From: an uncultured delta proteobacterium
GTDB taxonomy: Bacteria; Desulfobacterota; Binatia; UBA9968
Assembly: GCA_963745835.1 (NCBI GenBank)
Contig: CAVUZH010000022.1
Coordinates: 1-64,000, forward strand
Direction of reading: 5' to 3'
DNA: 64,000 nucleotides
The notes beneath the pieces were generated by a model that saw only the letters and a program-made list of their open reading frames with translations, had not been told where the DNA came from and did not search any database. The translations under genes and the position numbers were made by a program. Positions within the stretch are counted from its first letter, which is position 1. Every line of letters begins with the position of its first letter. Shown here in pieces: positions 34,168 through 44,424 of this stretch.

Positions 34168-36510
34168 ATCGCTACTCAACATTTACACACCTACTGCTCG
34201 ATGTGCACTTCGCGTTGCGGCGTTGTCGCAACTGTCGAGGATGGGGTGTTGACGCAAGTCAATGCCGACCCTGAGCACCCCAATGGTTGTATCTGCGTCA
34301 AGGGCGCGGCCGCACCGGAAATCGTTTACTCGCCGGACCGGCTACGTTATCCAATGGTACGAACCAGACCCAAGGGCGATCCTGATCCCGGTTGGACTCG
34401 CATCACCTGGGACCAGGCGCTCAATCTCGCCGCGCTGCGACTCAATGATATAAAAGATAATTTCGGCGCCGAAGCCGTCGTCTTTTCCCGCGCGACTACC
34501 GCCGGCAGCGCTTCCATTGACTTCGACGGCTGGCTGCAAAGGCTGGCCAATGCATTTGGCAGTCCCAACCTGCTCACTTCCAATCATATCTGCACTTGGA
34601 ACCGACGGGTCGGATCGAAGTACACTTTTGGCGTAGGCATGCCGCTGCCGGACCTTGACCATACGGAATGCATGTTGATCTGGGGCATCAATCCGCCCGC
34701 CACTTCACCGGCGCAAGCGCTGCGCATCAACCGGGCGCGCCGGCGGGGCGCGAAACTGATCGTCATCGATCCGCGCAAGACTACGATGGCTGCAAAAGCC
34801 GATTGTTGGTTGCGGGTTCATCCTGGAACTGACGGCGAGCTCGCGATGGCGATGATCCACGTTCTCCTTGAAGAAAAACTTTTTGACGAGGAGTTTACCC
34901 GTCGTTGGACCAACGGATCATTGCTGGTTCGCTGCGATAATAATCAACTTCTCACGCAACGTGATCTGCAGATTACTGGAGATTCGAACACCTACATGGT
35001 TTGGAACGAACAAGAAAACGCGCCCAGAGCAATGGGAGACAATACTGCCGCGGCGCTTTTTGGCAGTTTCACTGTGGATCTCAGCGATGGAACAGCCCTC
35101 AAGTGTCAAACCGCGCTGCAAATGCTCGCAAACAAAGCCGCCGCACACGCACCCGAACAATCGGCAAGCATTACGACAGTTCCTCCTAGCCACGTCAGAA
35201 GGGCGGTGCGCCTGTTCGCGACGGAAAAACCGTCCAGCTACTGCACATGGGTCGGGCTCGAACAAGACTGCGACGCCATGCAAACCAACCGCGCTGTCTG
35301 CTCTTTTTACGCGCTAACCGGCCAATTCGACGAGCGCGGCAGCAACGTTCTCTTCGCCACCACACCGACCAATCCGATCAACGGCCGCGAGCTATTGCCG
35401 AAAGCGCAAGCGGATCGCCGGCTAGGAATCGCACAGCATCCGCTCGGTCCGCCCGCCGACCCGGGACTCGTCCAGGCTGCGGCAGTCTACCGGAGCATTC
35501 TCACTGAGCACCCGTATCCGATCAAGGCCCTGGTGTTATTCGGCAGCGATCCGCTGCTCGGACACGGCGATCCGCTCCACGGCAAGGCCGCACTGGAAGC
35601 GGTTGATTTCTACATCCACGTGGACATTACGCTTAATCCCAGCGCGGCATTCGCAGATTTGTTGCTGCCCGCGACAACGTGTTGGGAGAACGAAGCCTTG
35701 ATGCCGTCTTTCGAAATCGCCGAAGACACGCTCAATTGGGCGCAGCTCCGGCCGGCGGCGGCAAAACCCGTGGGCGAGTCACGCTCGGATATGGAAATTA
35801 TTTTCGATCTAGCCCAGAGGCTCGGTTTGGCGCACCAGTTCTTCAACGGCGAGATCGAAGCAGCTCTCAAGCATCAACTGGCTCCGGCGGAAATTTCCAC
35901 GCCGGAACTGCGACAAAATCGAATTGGAGTTCGAGCCAACGTCAGCACCAGGCACCGCAAGTATGCTGAGACTGATCCACGCACCGGCGAAGCAAGAGGT
36001 TTCGAAACCGCCACGCGAAAGCTTGAAATTTATTCGACTGCGTTCGCCAAAGCCGGCTACCCGCCGCTACCGGTGTTCGAAACCCGAGTTGACGACACAG
36101 ATTGGCGCTATCCGCTCACTTTGACGTTTTACCGGCTCGTGCAATTCTGCGACGAGCAACACCGCAACATTCCGCGCCTGCGGCGAGCGTTTCCCGAGCC
36201 GTTCGTCGAGCTTCATCCGAACACGGCTAAAACTGAAGGCATCGAAGACGGTGAATGGATTTTGCTGGAAACCGCGAACGGGAAGGTAAAGCTAAAGGCG
36301 AAATTCAACGAGTCGTTGCATCCGGCGGTCGTGACCACCGTGTACGGGTGGTGGCAAGCCTGCCAACTATCCAAGCTCAGCGGTTATGACCCTTTCAGTC
36401 AAAAGGGCGCTAACGCCAACCTGCTTATTGCCAACTCGGATGTGGATCCGATCAGCGCATCGGTTGCGCATCGCTCGCAGAGATGTCGCATCGGAAAAGT
36501 ATCTGATTAG
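34168..36510 (+). CDS. molybdopterin (bis-MGD) oxidoreductase, acetylene-hydratase-like clade; true start upstream of the called ATG
   Basis: HTYCSMCTSRCG...ICVKG 4Fe-4S motif, DRLRYP, GAKLIVIDPR, ADLLLPA, C-terminal VELHP..A...GI.DG. Confidence 0.9.
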   Translation: MATQHLHTYCSMCTSRCGVVATVEDGVLTQVNADPEHPNGCICVKGAAAPEIVYSPDRLRYPMVRTRPKGDPDPGWTRITWDQALNLAALRLNDIKDNFGAEAVVFSRATTAGSASIDFDGWLQRLANAFGSPNLLTSNHICTWNRRVGSKYTFGVGMPLPDLDHTECMLIWGINPPATSPAQALRINRARRRGAKLIVIDPRKTTMAAKADCWLRVHPGTDGELAMAMIHVLLEEKLFDEEFTRRWTNGSLLVRCDNNQLLTQRDLQITGDSNTYMVWNEQENAPRAMGDNTAAALFGSFTVDLSDGTALKCQTALQMLANKAAAHAPEQSASITTVPPSHVRRAVRLFATEKPSSYCTWVGLEQDCDAMQTNRAVCSFYALTGQFDERGSNVLFATTPTNPINGRELLPKAQADRRLGIAQHPLGPPADPGLVQAAAVYRSILTEHPYPIKALVLFGSDPLLGHGDPLHGKAALEAVDFYIHVDITLNPSAAFADLLLPATTCWENEALMPSFEIAEDTLNWAQLRPAAAKPVGESRSDMEIIFDLAQRLGLAHQFFNGEIEAALKHQLAPAEISTPELRQNRIGVRANVSTRHRKYAETDPRTGEARGFETATRKLEIYSTAFAKAGYPPLPVFETRVDDTDWRYPLTLTFYRLVQFCDEQHRNIPRLRRAFPEPFVELHPNTAKTEGIEDGEWILLETANGKVKLKAKFNESLHPAVVTTVYGWWQACQLSKLSGYDPFSQKGANANLLIANSDVDPISASVAHRSQRCRIGKVSD

Positions 36511-36585
36511 CGGCTGTTTCAAACTGGAAGAATACAAAGTAAAGAGTGCGGTACTCCTTTAACTCAGGTCAGTCTTAACCATTCG

Positions 36586-37554
36586 TCAATTCAGCGGCAT
36601 AAACAGTTCGTCCAACCTCATTTTCTTTGTCATCAATCCTTGATCGAGCGAATAGCCAACGAAGCGTTCCAGGTTGGCGCGGTTCTTTTCGAGACCGTAG
36701 GGCCAGGGATCGTCTCCCAAAAGTTTTTGTTCTTCTTCAAATGCCTGACGTCCCCAGGCCAGCCAGGACCAGTTAGGGTCGGCGTAGAATTCACGGCAGA
36801 TCCTCTTTGCTTGTTCGAATGTATCGAAAACGCTGCGCGCCGCTTCAGGATGATTTTTCAACACCTCGTCCTTGAACGCCACCACATGCATGATCGGGAA
36901 AAATCCGTTTTTGCCAAAATATCTGAGATCCTCGGCTTTCGGATCGGCAAACAGGCGGCGGATCTTTTTCGAGCCGCGCAGCACCGGCTTGGGCGGATGC
37001 GGTGTCATCATCGCGCTGATCTCGCCTGATTCGAGCATGGCGCCGATATCGGCGCTATCCGGCAATCGATCGATCTTAACGCCCTTTTCCGGCTCAAACT
37101 CTATGTTGTCCTTCTTGCTGAGCACCCAGTGAATTTCCCGCCATGGAACATTGAATTCGCTTTGCAAGTCGCCTTTGGAAAGTGTCGCCAGAGTATTCTG
37201 GAAGCTATGCAAGCCAACTCGCTTGCCGATCAGATCATGCGGCGACTGAACCGCGGCATCCACGTTTACCCACATTTGTGAAAGACTGAACAACCGGCGC
37301 GGGAACACGGGAATCGCGGTAAACGGCATACCGCGGCTCTTGGCCATTAGATAAGAGGATAGCGATAGCTCTGCCACATCGAACTCAGAATGCTGCAACA
37401 TCCGTTCATGGCGATCTTCGCCGTCCCGCTGTCGATCGGATTGACCCACGATAAAGATGTTGAGATCGATCTCGTCAGGCTGCGCCGTGCCGTCGAAGAA
37501 CGGCACATGCCGGTCGTAATGGGATAGCGCGATGGATAATCTAGGCTTTGCCAT
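36586..37554 (-). CDS. 4,5-dihydroxyphthalate decarboxylase-like (SBP fold) protein
   Basis: YDRH.PF, EFDVAELSLSSY, AIPVFPRR, FFPIMHVV, DPWPYGLEKNR. Confidence 0.85.
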   Translation of the reverse strand: MAKPRLSIALSHYDRHVPFFDGTAQPDEIDLNIFIVGQSDRQRDGEDRHERMLQHSEFDVAELSLSSYLMAKSRGMPFTAIPVFPRRLFSLSQMWVNVDAAVQSPHDLIGKRVGLHSFQNTLATLSKGDLQSEFNVPWREIHWVLSKKDNIEFEPEKGVKIDRLPDSADIGAMLESGEISAMMTPHPPKPVLRGSKKIRRLFADPKAEDLRYFGKNGFFPIMHVVAFKDEVLKNHPEAARSVFDTFEQAKRICREFYADPNWSWLAWGRQAFEEEQKLLGDDPWPYGLEKNRANLERFVGYSLDQGLMTKKMRLDELFMPLN

Positions 37555-37640
37555 GAGCTTCTCCTTGAGACGCGTTCATTCGCTGAGCATCTAAACAGTC
37601 AAAAGTTGCCGCAGATAAATGAATGCCGAACAATCAAACA

Positions 37641-38969
37641 TCAGTCGACAGTTAGCAGCCGGGCCAATTCACGCGCGCTGCCGAAAGATTCCAAGCGACG
37701 GCTTGCTTCAATGATCTGATCCGACTTCTCCTTGCCCAGTACGGGCTCCAGCAACCAGGCGGCTTTCCTCTCCACCTCTTCAGGATTCATCGGATTTTCC
37801 GGGCGACCACGGCAATTGCTCACGTGCTCGCGGAGGGTCTGTCCATTCTTTAGACTAACCTCGACCAAGCCCTGGAAGCGGGCGCCCGTTCGCTCCAGCT
37901 CCTGGTCCGGAATCAATTCTACCCTCTGTTTCATCTCTTGGACCCGGGGATCGTGAAAACGATTGTAATCATGCGCTGATTCGAAAGTGAGTTTACCGTC
38001 TATCAAGATGGTCGAAACCATGTACTGCACATTCACGTCAGGCATATTTCGGTTGTTGACCGTGCGCGCGCCGCTCGCAGGTATGCGCACGACAACTCTC
38101 TCCACGTCTTGCGGTTGAACTGGCTGCTTGGCGAGCATTGCCAACGTCGCATCGACGGTTTCCATCATCGGTGAACCCACCGGATATTTTTTGACCAGGC
38201 AGCTGGTGATCGTGAATCTTTGCCCGAGTTCACTCAATAGTTTACTCGGGTCACATGGCGCATATGTCTTGATGATGTTCTGGTCTCCTTCAAGGACGTC
38301 ACGATTGCCGGTGAACCCTGACTGGACGAGCAGCGCAGCGGTTACGCCGTTGCGCGCCGGCATGCCCGCATAGTCGAATGCCTTCTCGATGTGATCGTCA
38401 TCGCCAACCCAAGCGCGGGAACCCGAAGCTTGCTGGGCGGCGTATGAAACCAAGTAACAAAGTTGCAAGTGATCGAGTTCGGCCAGGGCTCCGGCCGCGG
38501 CGGAGGCGCCGAACGTCGCGCCGAAACTGGTGGAGCGAGGCTCGAATGCCTGATGAAAGCGGAACCCGATATCGTATCCCAAAATGACGGCGCGCAGGAA
38601 AGCATCGCCGTTACGCTGCTGCGACTCGGCGATGGCGAATGCGGCGGGCACGATGGCGCAGCCCGGGTGGAGCTGGCTGTTCGAATCGTCCGTTTCATCC
38701 GCATGTCCCGACATTCCGTTGGAAAACGCGGCAACGATCGGCGTGGTTTTAAAATTGGACCCTATAACGCTGCAAGTTTCTTTGCCTCCTTGTTGCCGCG
38801 CGTGCTGTAGGCCTAGCTGTCCGGGCTTCAGGCGCGAGCCCGAGACGACAGCGGCAAACGAATCGAGAATATGGCTTTTGCCTTTTTGGATGACCTCCGC
38901 TGGCAGCGGCACCTGTCGCGCAGCCAACATATACTCGACGAGTGAGTCTATAATTTTTTTCGATGGCAT
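37641..38969 (-). CDS. MmgE/PrpD family protein
   Basis: NGMSGHADETDD, HPG..IVPA, ARNGVTAALL, KKYP, RG.PENP. Confidence 0.92.
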   Translation of the reverse strand: MPSKKIIDSLVEYMLAARQVPLPAEVIQKGKSHILDSFAAVVSGSRLKPGQLGLQHARQQGGKETCSVIGSNFKTTPIVAAFSNGMSGHADETDDSNSQLHPGCAIVPAAFAIAESQQRNGDAFLRAVILGYDIGFRFHQAFEPRSTSFGATFGASAAAGALAELDHLQLCYLVSYAAQQASGSRAWVGDDDHIEKAFDYAGMPARNGVTAALLVQSGFTGNRDVLEGDQNIIKTYAPCDPSKLLSELGQRFTITSCLVKKYPVGSPMMETVDATLAMLAKQPVQPQDVERVVVRIPASGARTVNNRNMPDVNVQYMVSTILIDGKLTFESAHDYNRFHDPRVQEMKQRVELIPDQELERTGARFQGLVEVSLKNGQTLREHVSNCRGRPENPMNPEEVERKAAWLLEPVLGKEKSDQIIEASRRLESFGSARELARLLTVD

Positions 38970-39040
38970 GCCCCCTCCGTTAATCCCTAATCATTGTCCG
39001 TTGCATCTTCTTCTTCTGGTTTGGTGTGAAGAAAAGTCTC

Positions 39041-39118
39041 CCACAGAGGCACCGAGGTGCAGAGTTCGGAGTAAGCTTATCATACCCTTTCTCCGCACCC
39101 GCCGCGCCCTCTGCGGTG
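39041..39118. repeat. REP-like imperfect palindrome
   Basis: CCACAGAGG...GGTGCAGAG / CTCCGCACC...CCTCTGCGG arms in an intergenic region. Confidence 0.5.
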
Positions 39119-39332
39119 CCATATCCACCCCTAATTCACAAGGAAGCGTGAAGAACCAGTTACTTTGTCACTCTCAAACAGGTTTGAGTCGATCGTATGG
39201 TTACTCGTAAACGGCTGTCAAGAACAAGTTGACACTATTTGATCAGATGCGTTATAGCCGTGATTTAGTTTCCTCTATCCGCTCGGCAGATCTTTTAACT
39301 GAAGGCGTTGCGCCTCAACAAAGGAGATTTCT

Positions 39333-40880
39333 GTGAGCATGAAAAATAAAACTTGGAGCCGGAGGGAATTCATCCAAAAGTCGGCCGCCGCCGGGGCAGT
39401 CCTCTCCTTCTCACGCTTTCATGCCGTATCACCCAGAGTCGAAGCCCAGTCCCTGAACAAGAACCGAGTCACCGTCGCTCACGGGGTCGGCGTCTATTCC
39501 ATGAACCCGTACGCGGTAACCACCTCACCTATTCAGGGAGTTTGGGGATCCGTGATGGAAACGCTGATTGACTTCGATTATGACAAACGTGAATACCGGG
39601 GCATCCTGGCTGAATCCTGGACCGTCAAAGGCAACAAGCTGCATTTCACCGTCCGCAAAGGCGTTCGTTTTCACGACGGAACTCCATTCAGCGGCAAGGA
39701 CGTCATCGCTTCGTTAAAGCGAATGATCACCGACAAGCAGAGCCTGGTGGCGCCAAGCTTACAGAACATTAAGGAAATGGAGTTACCGGATGATTTCAAT
39801 TTTGTCCTGACACTCAAGAAAGCCGACGCCACGGCTCTGGAAGATCTGAACAACCGCGTGATTATGAAGCAGCAGGTGGCTGAGAAGATGGGAGAGGCAG
39901 ACAGTCCGCCAATCGGGACCGGCCCATTTAAATTTGTCAGTTGGGAGCGTTCCGGCAATTTCGTCATGCGCCGCCATGAAAATTACTGGGGACCGCCTGC
40001 AAGAATCGAGGAGATTCTTTATAAAGTTATTAAAGAAGATGCGGCCCGCATTGCAGCACTGGAATCCGGCCAAGCGGATCTGGTCAGCAATATACCGCCT
40101 CATGAGGTAGCCCGGCTCAAGTCTAATCCTCGCCTCCAGGTGCAACCGGTGCAGGGCCTGCGTCCTATCTTCCTGGTATTGAGTCCGGCTTACAAACCGC
40201 TGGATAACCCGAAGGTCCGTCGCGCGATCACACAGGCGATCGACCGAGAGGGATTGATCAAACACATCTTGGAGGGAAACGCTTATCCGTTGAGCGGCCT
40301 GCTCAGTCCGCAGGTATTTGGCTATGATCCCGGAGCGAAAGCTTATCCATACGATCCCGAGAAGGCAAAGCAACTTTTGAAAGAAGCCGGCTTTGGCAGT
40401 GGGTTCGAGCTCGAGTACTACAGTCCTACGGGAAGATATCCCAAGGACTTGGAGATCGCGCAAGTGATTGTCGAGCAGCTTTCTAGAGTCGGCATCAAAG
40501 CGATTCTCAAAACACCGGAATGGAGCATCTTCAACACCGATTATAAAAACGGCAAATATCCCATGTACCTGACCGGCCGCGGCAGTCTCACCGATGCCAA
40601 TGCGCTATTTCATCAGTATTTCAGGACCGGTGTGACCAAGCGTGTGCTGGGATACAGCAACCCCAAACTGGACGAGATTCTCGATACGGAGCAACAAACC
40701 TTTGATGTGAAGAAGCGAGAAAGGCTGCTCGGGGATGCTCATCGGATCATTCTAGAAGACGCCTCGGCAATCCCGCTGTGGAATAGCATGGATATCTATG
40801 CTCACCGCGCCGATCTCGTTTGGACCCCGCCTCCAGATGAGAAGGTCCAACTAAAGGACGCATCATACAAATCGAAATAG
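39333..40880 (+). CDS. peptide/nickel ABC substrate-binding protein (family 5) with Tat signal
   Basis: SRREFIQ, LAESW, RKGVRFHDG, GTGPFKF, VRRAITQAIDR. Confidence 0.93.
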   Translation: MSMKNKTWSRREFIQKSAAAGAVLSFSRFHAVSPRVEAQSLNKNRVTVAHGVGVYSMNPYAVTTSPIQGVWGSVMETLIDFDYDKREYRGILAESWTVKGNKLHFTVRKGVRFHDGTPFSGKDVIASLKRMITDKQSLVAPSLQNIKEMELPDDFNFVLTLKKADATALEDLNNRVIMKQQVAEKMGEADSPPIGTGPFKFVSWERSGNFVMRRHENYWGPPARIEEILYKVIKEDAARIAALESGQADLVSNIPPHEVARLKSNPRLQVQPVQGLRPIFLVLSPAYKPLDNPKVRRAITQAIDREGLIKHILEGNAYPLSGLLSPQVFGYDPGAKAYPYDPEKAKQLLKEAGFGSGFELEYYSPTGRYPKDLEIAQVIVEQLSRVGIKAILKTPEWSIFNTDYKNGKYPMYLTGRGSLTDANALFHQYFRTGVTKRVLGYSNPKLDEILDTEQQTFDVKKRERLLGDAHRIILEDASAIPLWNSMDIYAHRADLVWTPPPDEKVQLKDASYKSK

Positions 40881-40948
40881 ATCGTCGCGCCGAGGATACA
40901 CCGTAGAGCGCAGTGAAGATGAAAGGATATGAAAATTCGGTGAGAGAA

Positions 40949-40983
40949 AACCAGGGGGTGTCCCGGCCCGGCACCCCTTGGTT
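40949..40983 (-). terminator. intrinsic terminator after the RRM gene
   Basis: AACCAGGGGGTG / CACCCCTTGGTT stem followed by a U tract on the minus strand. Confidence 0.7.
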
Positions 40984-40999
40984 CGTGATGACTTAGAAC

Positions 41000-41338
41000 T
41001 TACCAGCGATTCCGACCGCCGCCGCCACCGCGTCGCTCGCCACCCCCACCACCACCGCCGCCACCACCGAAGCCACCGCCGGATCGTCTTTCCTGGGGAC
41101 GCGCTTCGTTGACCGTCAGAGTCCGGCCACCAAGATCGCTGCCGTTAAGCGCTTGGATCGCCTTCTGAGCTTCTTCTGAGGAACTCATCTCGACAAATCC
41201 GAACCCGCGCGAACGGCCGCTGAACTTGTCGGTGATCACGCGAGCCGATTCAACAGCTCCATGGGCGGAAAAGATTTCCTGCAACTGATCGTCGGTCGTA
41301 GAGTATGGCAATCCACCGACATAGATCTTACTGCTCAT
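41000..41338 (-). CDS. RRM RNA-binding protein with glycine-rich tail
   Basis: RNP2 IYVGGL, RNP1 RGFGFVEM, LTVNEARP, Gly-rich C-terminus. Confidence 0.96.
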   Translation of the reverse strand: MSSKIYVGGLPYSTTDDQLQEIFSAHGAVESARVITDKFSGRSRGFGFVEMSSSEEAQKAIQALNGSDLGGRTLTVNEARPQERRSGGGFGGGGGGGGGGERRGGGGGRNRW

Positions 41339-41659
41339 GTTCTCCTCCTCTGGAAAACGTTGTTGCTGTCTTTGACCCTGAGAACCTGATCAACGCAGGA
41401 ATCAGAACATGAAAAGAAAAACACGCTCTGGCCGGATTGTCCGCGAGGTAAGAATCGCAAGGAAAGACTGACCAAGCCTTCAACTCTCTGCTATATGTCA
41501 CTACAGAAGGCTCCATACTGAAGTGTATATTTAGCCTACTGGGTTTCCAAATCCAAAACAAGAGGATTTTTTTACCGGTTAAGTTGCGCCAAAGATACTT
41601 TTTGTATTAAGTGGACGGCTGGGCAATTCTCAAGAATATCCGACTTAAAGGAGGACACT

Positions 41660-42415
41660 ATGTACCGAACAGATCAATATGAAGGCATGATCGCCGAGAC
41701 CATGAGCATGCAGGGGCACAAAGGCGAAGCGATCAACGCTTACGTCGCCCGTCCGTTAGGCGCGGGTCCTTTTCCAGGCATGGTGCTGATCCACCACGCG
41801 CCCGGATGGGATGAGTGGTATCGCGAGTGCACTCGCAAGTTTGCTCATCATGGCTACGTCTCGATCTCACCCAATCTCTATTTCCGCGAAGGCCATGGCG
41901 GCCCCGAAGACGTCGGCGCGAAAGTACGCGCGGCCGGCGGAGTGCCCGACGAGCAGGTCCTGGGAGATTTAGATGGCGCTAAAAATCTGCTTCGTTCACT
42001 TCCGTACGTGGGCAAGGTAGGCGTTTTTGGCACCTGTTCGGGCGGCCGGCATGGTTTTCTCGCCGCGTGCAAGCTTAAAGGTTTCGATGCGCTGGTGGAA
42101 TGCTGGGGCGGAGGCGTGGTTATGAAACAGGAAGAACTCACCACCAAACGTCCGGTAGCGCCCATCGATTTTACCAAGGACCTTTCCTGCAATATGATCG
42201 GCATCTTCGGAAACGACGACAAATCACCGTCTCCTGAACAGGTCAACCAACATGAGGCGGAACTGAAGAAGCATGGCAAGAATTACGAATTTCACCGCTA
42301 CGATGGCGCCGGGCATGGTTTTTTCTATTATGACCGTCCGGCGTATCGCCAGGAGCAAGCGGTTGATGGTTGGAAAAAAGTTCTCGCTTTTCTTGAGAAA
42401 AATCTAAAAGGCTGA
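41660..42415 (+). CDS. dienelactone hydrolase family protein
   Basis: GTCSGG nucleophile elbow, GNDD, YDGAGHGF; strong RBS AAGGAGG. Confidence 0.93.
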   Translation: MYRTDQYEGMIAETMSMQGHKGEAINAYVARPLGAGPFPGMVLIHHAPGWDEWYRECTRKFAHHGYVSISPNLYFREGHGGPEDVGAKVRAAGGVPDEQVLGDLDGAKNLLRSLPYVGKVGVFGTCSGGRHGFLAACKLKGFDALVECWGGGVVMKQEELTTKRPVAPIDFTKDLSCNMIGIFGNDDKSPSPEQVNQHEAELKKHGKNYEFHRYDGAGHGFFYYDRPAYRQEQAVDGWKKVLAFLEKNLKG

Positions 42416-42517
42416 TTGAAGATTCGATAAAGCTTCACAGCGCTGCGTACATCCTCAGGTCTACTGGTTAGGATCTACGCAGCCGGGTGCGGCGAAGTGA
42501 ATTGAAAGGAATGGAAA

Positions 42518-42811
42518 ATGTGCACGATGATTGTTCATCAGGCGAAGATCGAAGGCCGCGGTAAGAACGGCGGCGATTGGTTCGAGCTCAGCGAGGCCAA
42601 CATCTCCTACGATCATCCCTACGACATGCCGCTGGAACACGCGCTCAACATCGATTTCGTGAACGAGGCCAAGGGCCCGGCGGCGCGTGTGGCGGTGGAG
42701 TTGACCATTGAGGGAGCGCGCAATTTGATCAAAACCATCGAAGCGGTGCTGGCGCAAGCAGAAGAGCGCGGCGTATTGGAAGACATACGGGTAGCGGCAT
42801 CTTCCAAATAA
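42518..42811 (+). CDS. DUF6295-like small protein
   Basis: MCT...GKNG..W...YDHP...EHALNIDF......RVAVEL. Confidence 0.75.
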   Translation: MCTMIVHQAKIEGRGKNGGDWFELSEANISYDHPYDMPLEHALNIDFVNEAKGPAARVAVELTIEGARNLIKTIEAVLAQAEERGVLEDIRVAASSK

Positions 42812-42834
42812 ACTAGCGGATAGGGCGAGCTTTT

Positions 42835-42991
42835 CTAGCAGGTTGATAAAAACCCGGACGCAGGCTGCTCAAAAATATCTCGGAGCCCGAGGCGCGCGAG
42901 GTTCAATGAGCTGGGGCGTGCGTCGGTAGTACATCGAAGCGAGGCGAACGAGCGCGACAAAAGCTATGAGTCTTTATCAACAGCCTGATAG
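42835..42991. mobile_element. MITE-like element copy inserted in the loop of a pre-existing hairpin
   Basis: CTAG-CAGGTTGATAAAAA...TCTTTATCAACAGCCTG-ATAG, enclosed by GCGGATAGGGCG (42816-42827) / CGTCCTATCCGC (42994-43005). Confidence 0.72.
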
Positions 42992-43069
42992 AGCGTCCTA
43001 TCCGCCCTATCAACACCAGCAAACCACCTCACTTTATCCTCTGCGCCGTTCATCCGGTTTCTGAACCGA

Positions 43070-44320
43070 TTGGCTGATTCACCCGAAATAGAGTTGCCAT
43101 CTCCGCCGAGCAACATTCGCCCCTGGTCGTCCCTGCTGATTCGGGATTACCGCTTGGTATGGTCGGCTAGCGTCTTTAATGCCGTCGCGGTTCAGGTACG
43201 AAATGTCGCCGGTCTCTATCAGGTGTACGAAATTTCCGGCTCTCCCTTTCAATTGGGGCTCACTGGTTTTTTCCAAGCTTTTCCTTTCGTCATTTTCGGC
43301 CTGTTTGCCGGCGCGGTTGCCGACGCTTTCGACCGTAAAAAGCTCCTCATTGCAACGGTTTCGATCCAATTCATTCCTAGCCTGCTTTTAGGGGTTCTTA
43401 CCGTCACCGGCAACGTGCAGGCTTGGCATGTCTATACGCTAGGATTTCTCGGCGCGCTGGTGGAGGTTTTTAATTGGCCGGCGCGCTCGGCGTTGATTCC
43501 CCGGTTGGTGCCGCGCCCATTGCTAATGAATGCAGTGACCCTCAACACGATTATCATCCAAATGAGCTTTTTACTCGGACCGGCAATCGGCGGGGTCTTG
43601 ATTGATCAGGTCGGCTTATCAACGACCTATTTCATCGCCGCCGCCGTGCTGATTCCAGCGGCCACAGCGATTGGCGCGATGCGCACTTCGGGAGTGCCCG
43701 AAGGGGTGCGCCGGAGGGTCAACCTGCGGAGTATCTTTGAAGGCATCGAGTTCATCTGGGTGCAGCGCATCATACTGTCGCTTTTTCTTCTCGATTTTGG
43801 CGTCACCCTGGTGGGTTTTTACCGGCCGATTCTGCCGATCTTTGCCGCCGATGTTTTTCACACCGGCGCCTCGGGGTTAGGGCTGCTCTACGGCGCTCCA
43901 TCCCTGGGCGCAATCGTCGGCTCTTTAGCCTTGCTCATGCTGGGCGATATCAGACGCAAAGGCGTTTTGGTAGTCAGCGCGGCGCTGATCTTTGCCGGCA
44001 GCCTGGCGCTGTTGGGAGTCGCCCATTGGTTTTGGATGGCGGTCGGCGCCACTTTGATTTTAGGATTCACCGACTCGGTCAGCGTGGCGATCCGCCGCAC
44101 GGTGGTTCAACTTCAGGCTCCCGATGGCATGCTCGGACGGGCCTCGAGTCTGATCTCGGTCTTCGCCCAGGCGACCAACGGGCTGGGAGCAATTCTAGCG
44201 GGCGTTGCGGCGCATTATGTCGGAGCACCGAACGCGCTGCTCCTGGGCAGCCTTCTCTGCTTCATCATGATATCGGCGATTTGCATCGCTATCCCTCAAT
44301 TGTGGCGATATAAATCGTAA
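43070..44320 (+). CDS. MFS transporter (EntS/DHA3-like)
   Basis: About 12 TM; GAVADAFDRKKLL, PARSALIPRLV, GPAIGG. Confidence 0.92.
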   Translation: MADSPEIELPSPPSNIRPWSSLLIRDYRLVWSASVFNAVAVQVRNVAGLYQVYEISGSPFQLGLTGFFQAFPFVIFGLFAGAVADAFDRKKLLIATVSIQFIPSLLLGVLTVTGNVQAWHVYTLGFLGALVEVFNWPARSALIPRLVPRPLLMNAVTLNTIIIQMSFLLGPAIGGVLIDQVGLSTTYFIAAAVLIPAATAIGAMRTSGVPEGVRRRVNLRSIFEGIEFIWVQRIILSLFLLDFGVTLVGFYRPILPIFAADVFHTGASGLGLLYGAPSLGAIVGSLALLMLGDIRRKGVLVVSAALIFAGSLALLGVAHWFWMAVGATLILGFTDSVSVAIRRTVVQLQAPDGMLGRASSLISVFAQATNGLGAILAGVAAHYVGAPNALLLGSLLCFIMISAICIAIPQLWRYKS

Positions 44321-44424
44321 GCGCCCGATATCTGCGAGCTTGCCAACAGCTATGACCGTGCATTGCCTGGCTCTGGAGGGCTCGCCGGTTTGCTCGCGTT
44401 AAACTTGGAAGTGTGAGGCCCGGG

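Noticed and set aside
41020-41082. CCA/CCG triplet repeat
   Set aside because: Encodes the ordinary glycine-rich tail of the RRM protein.
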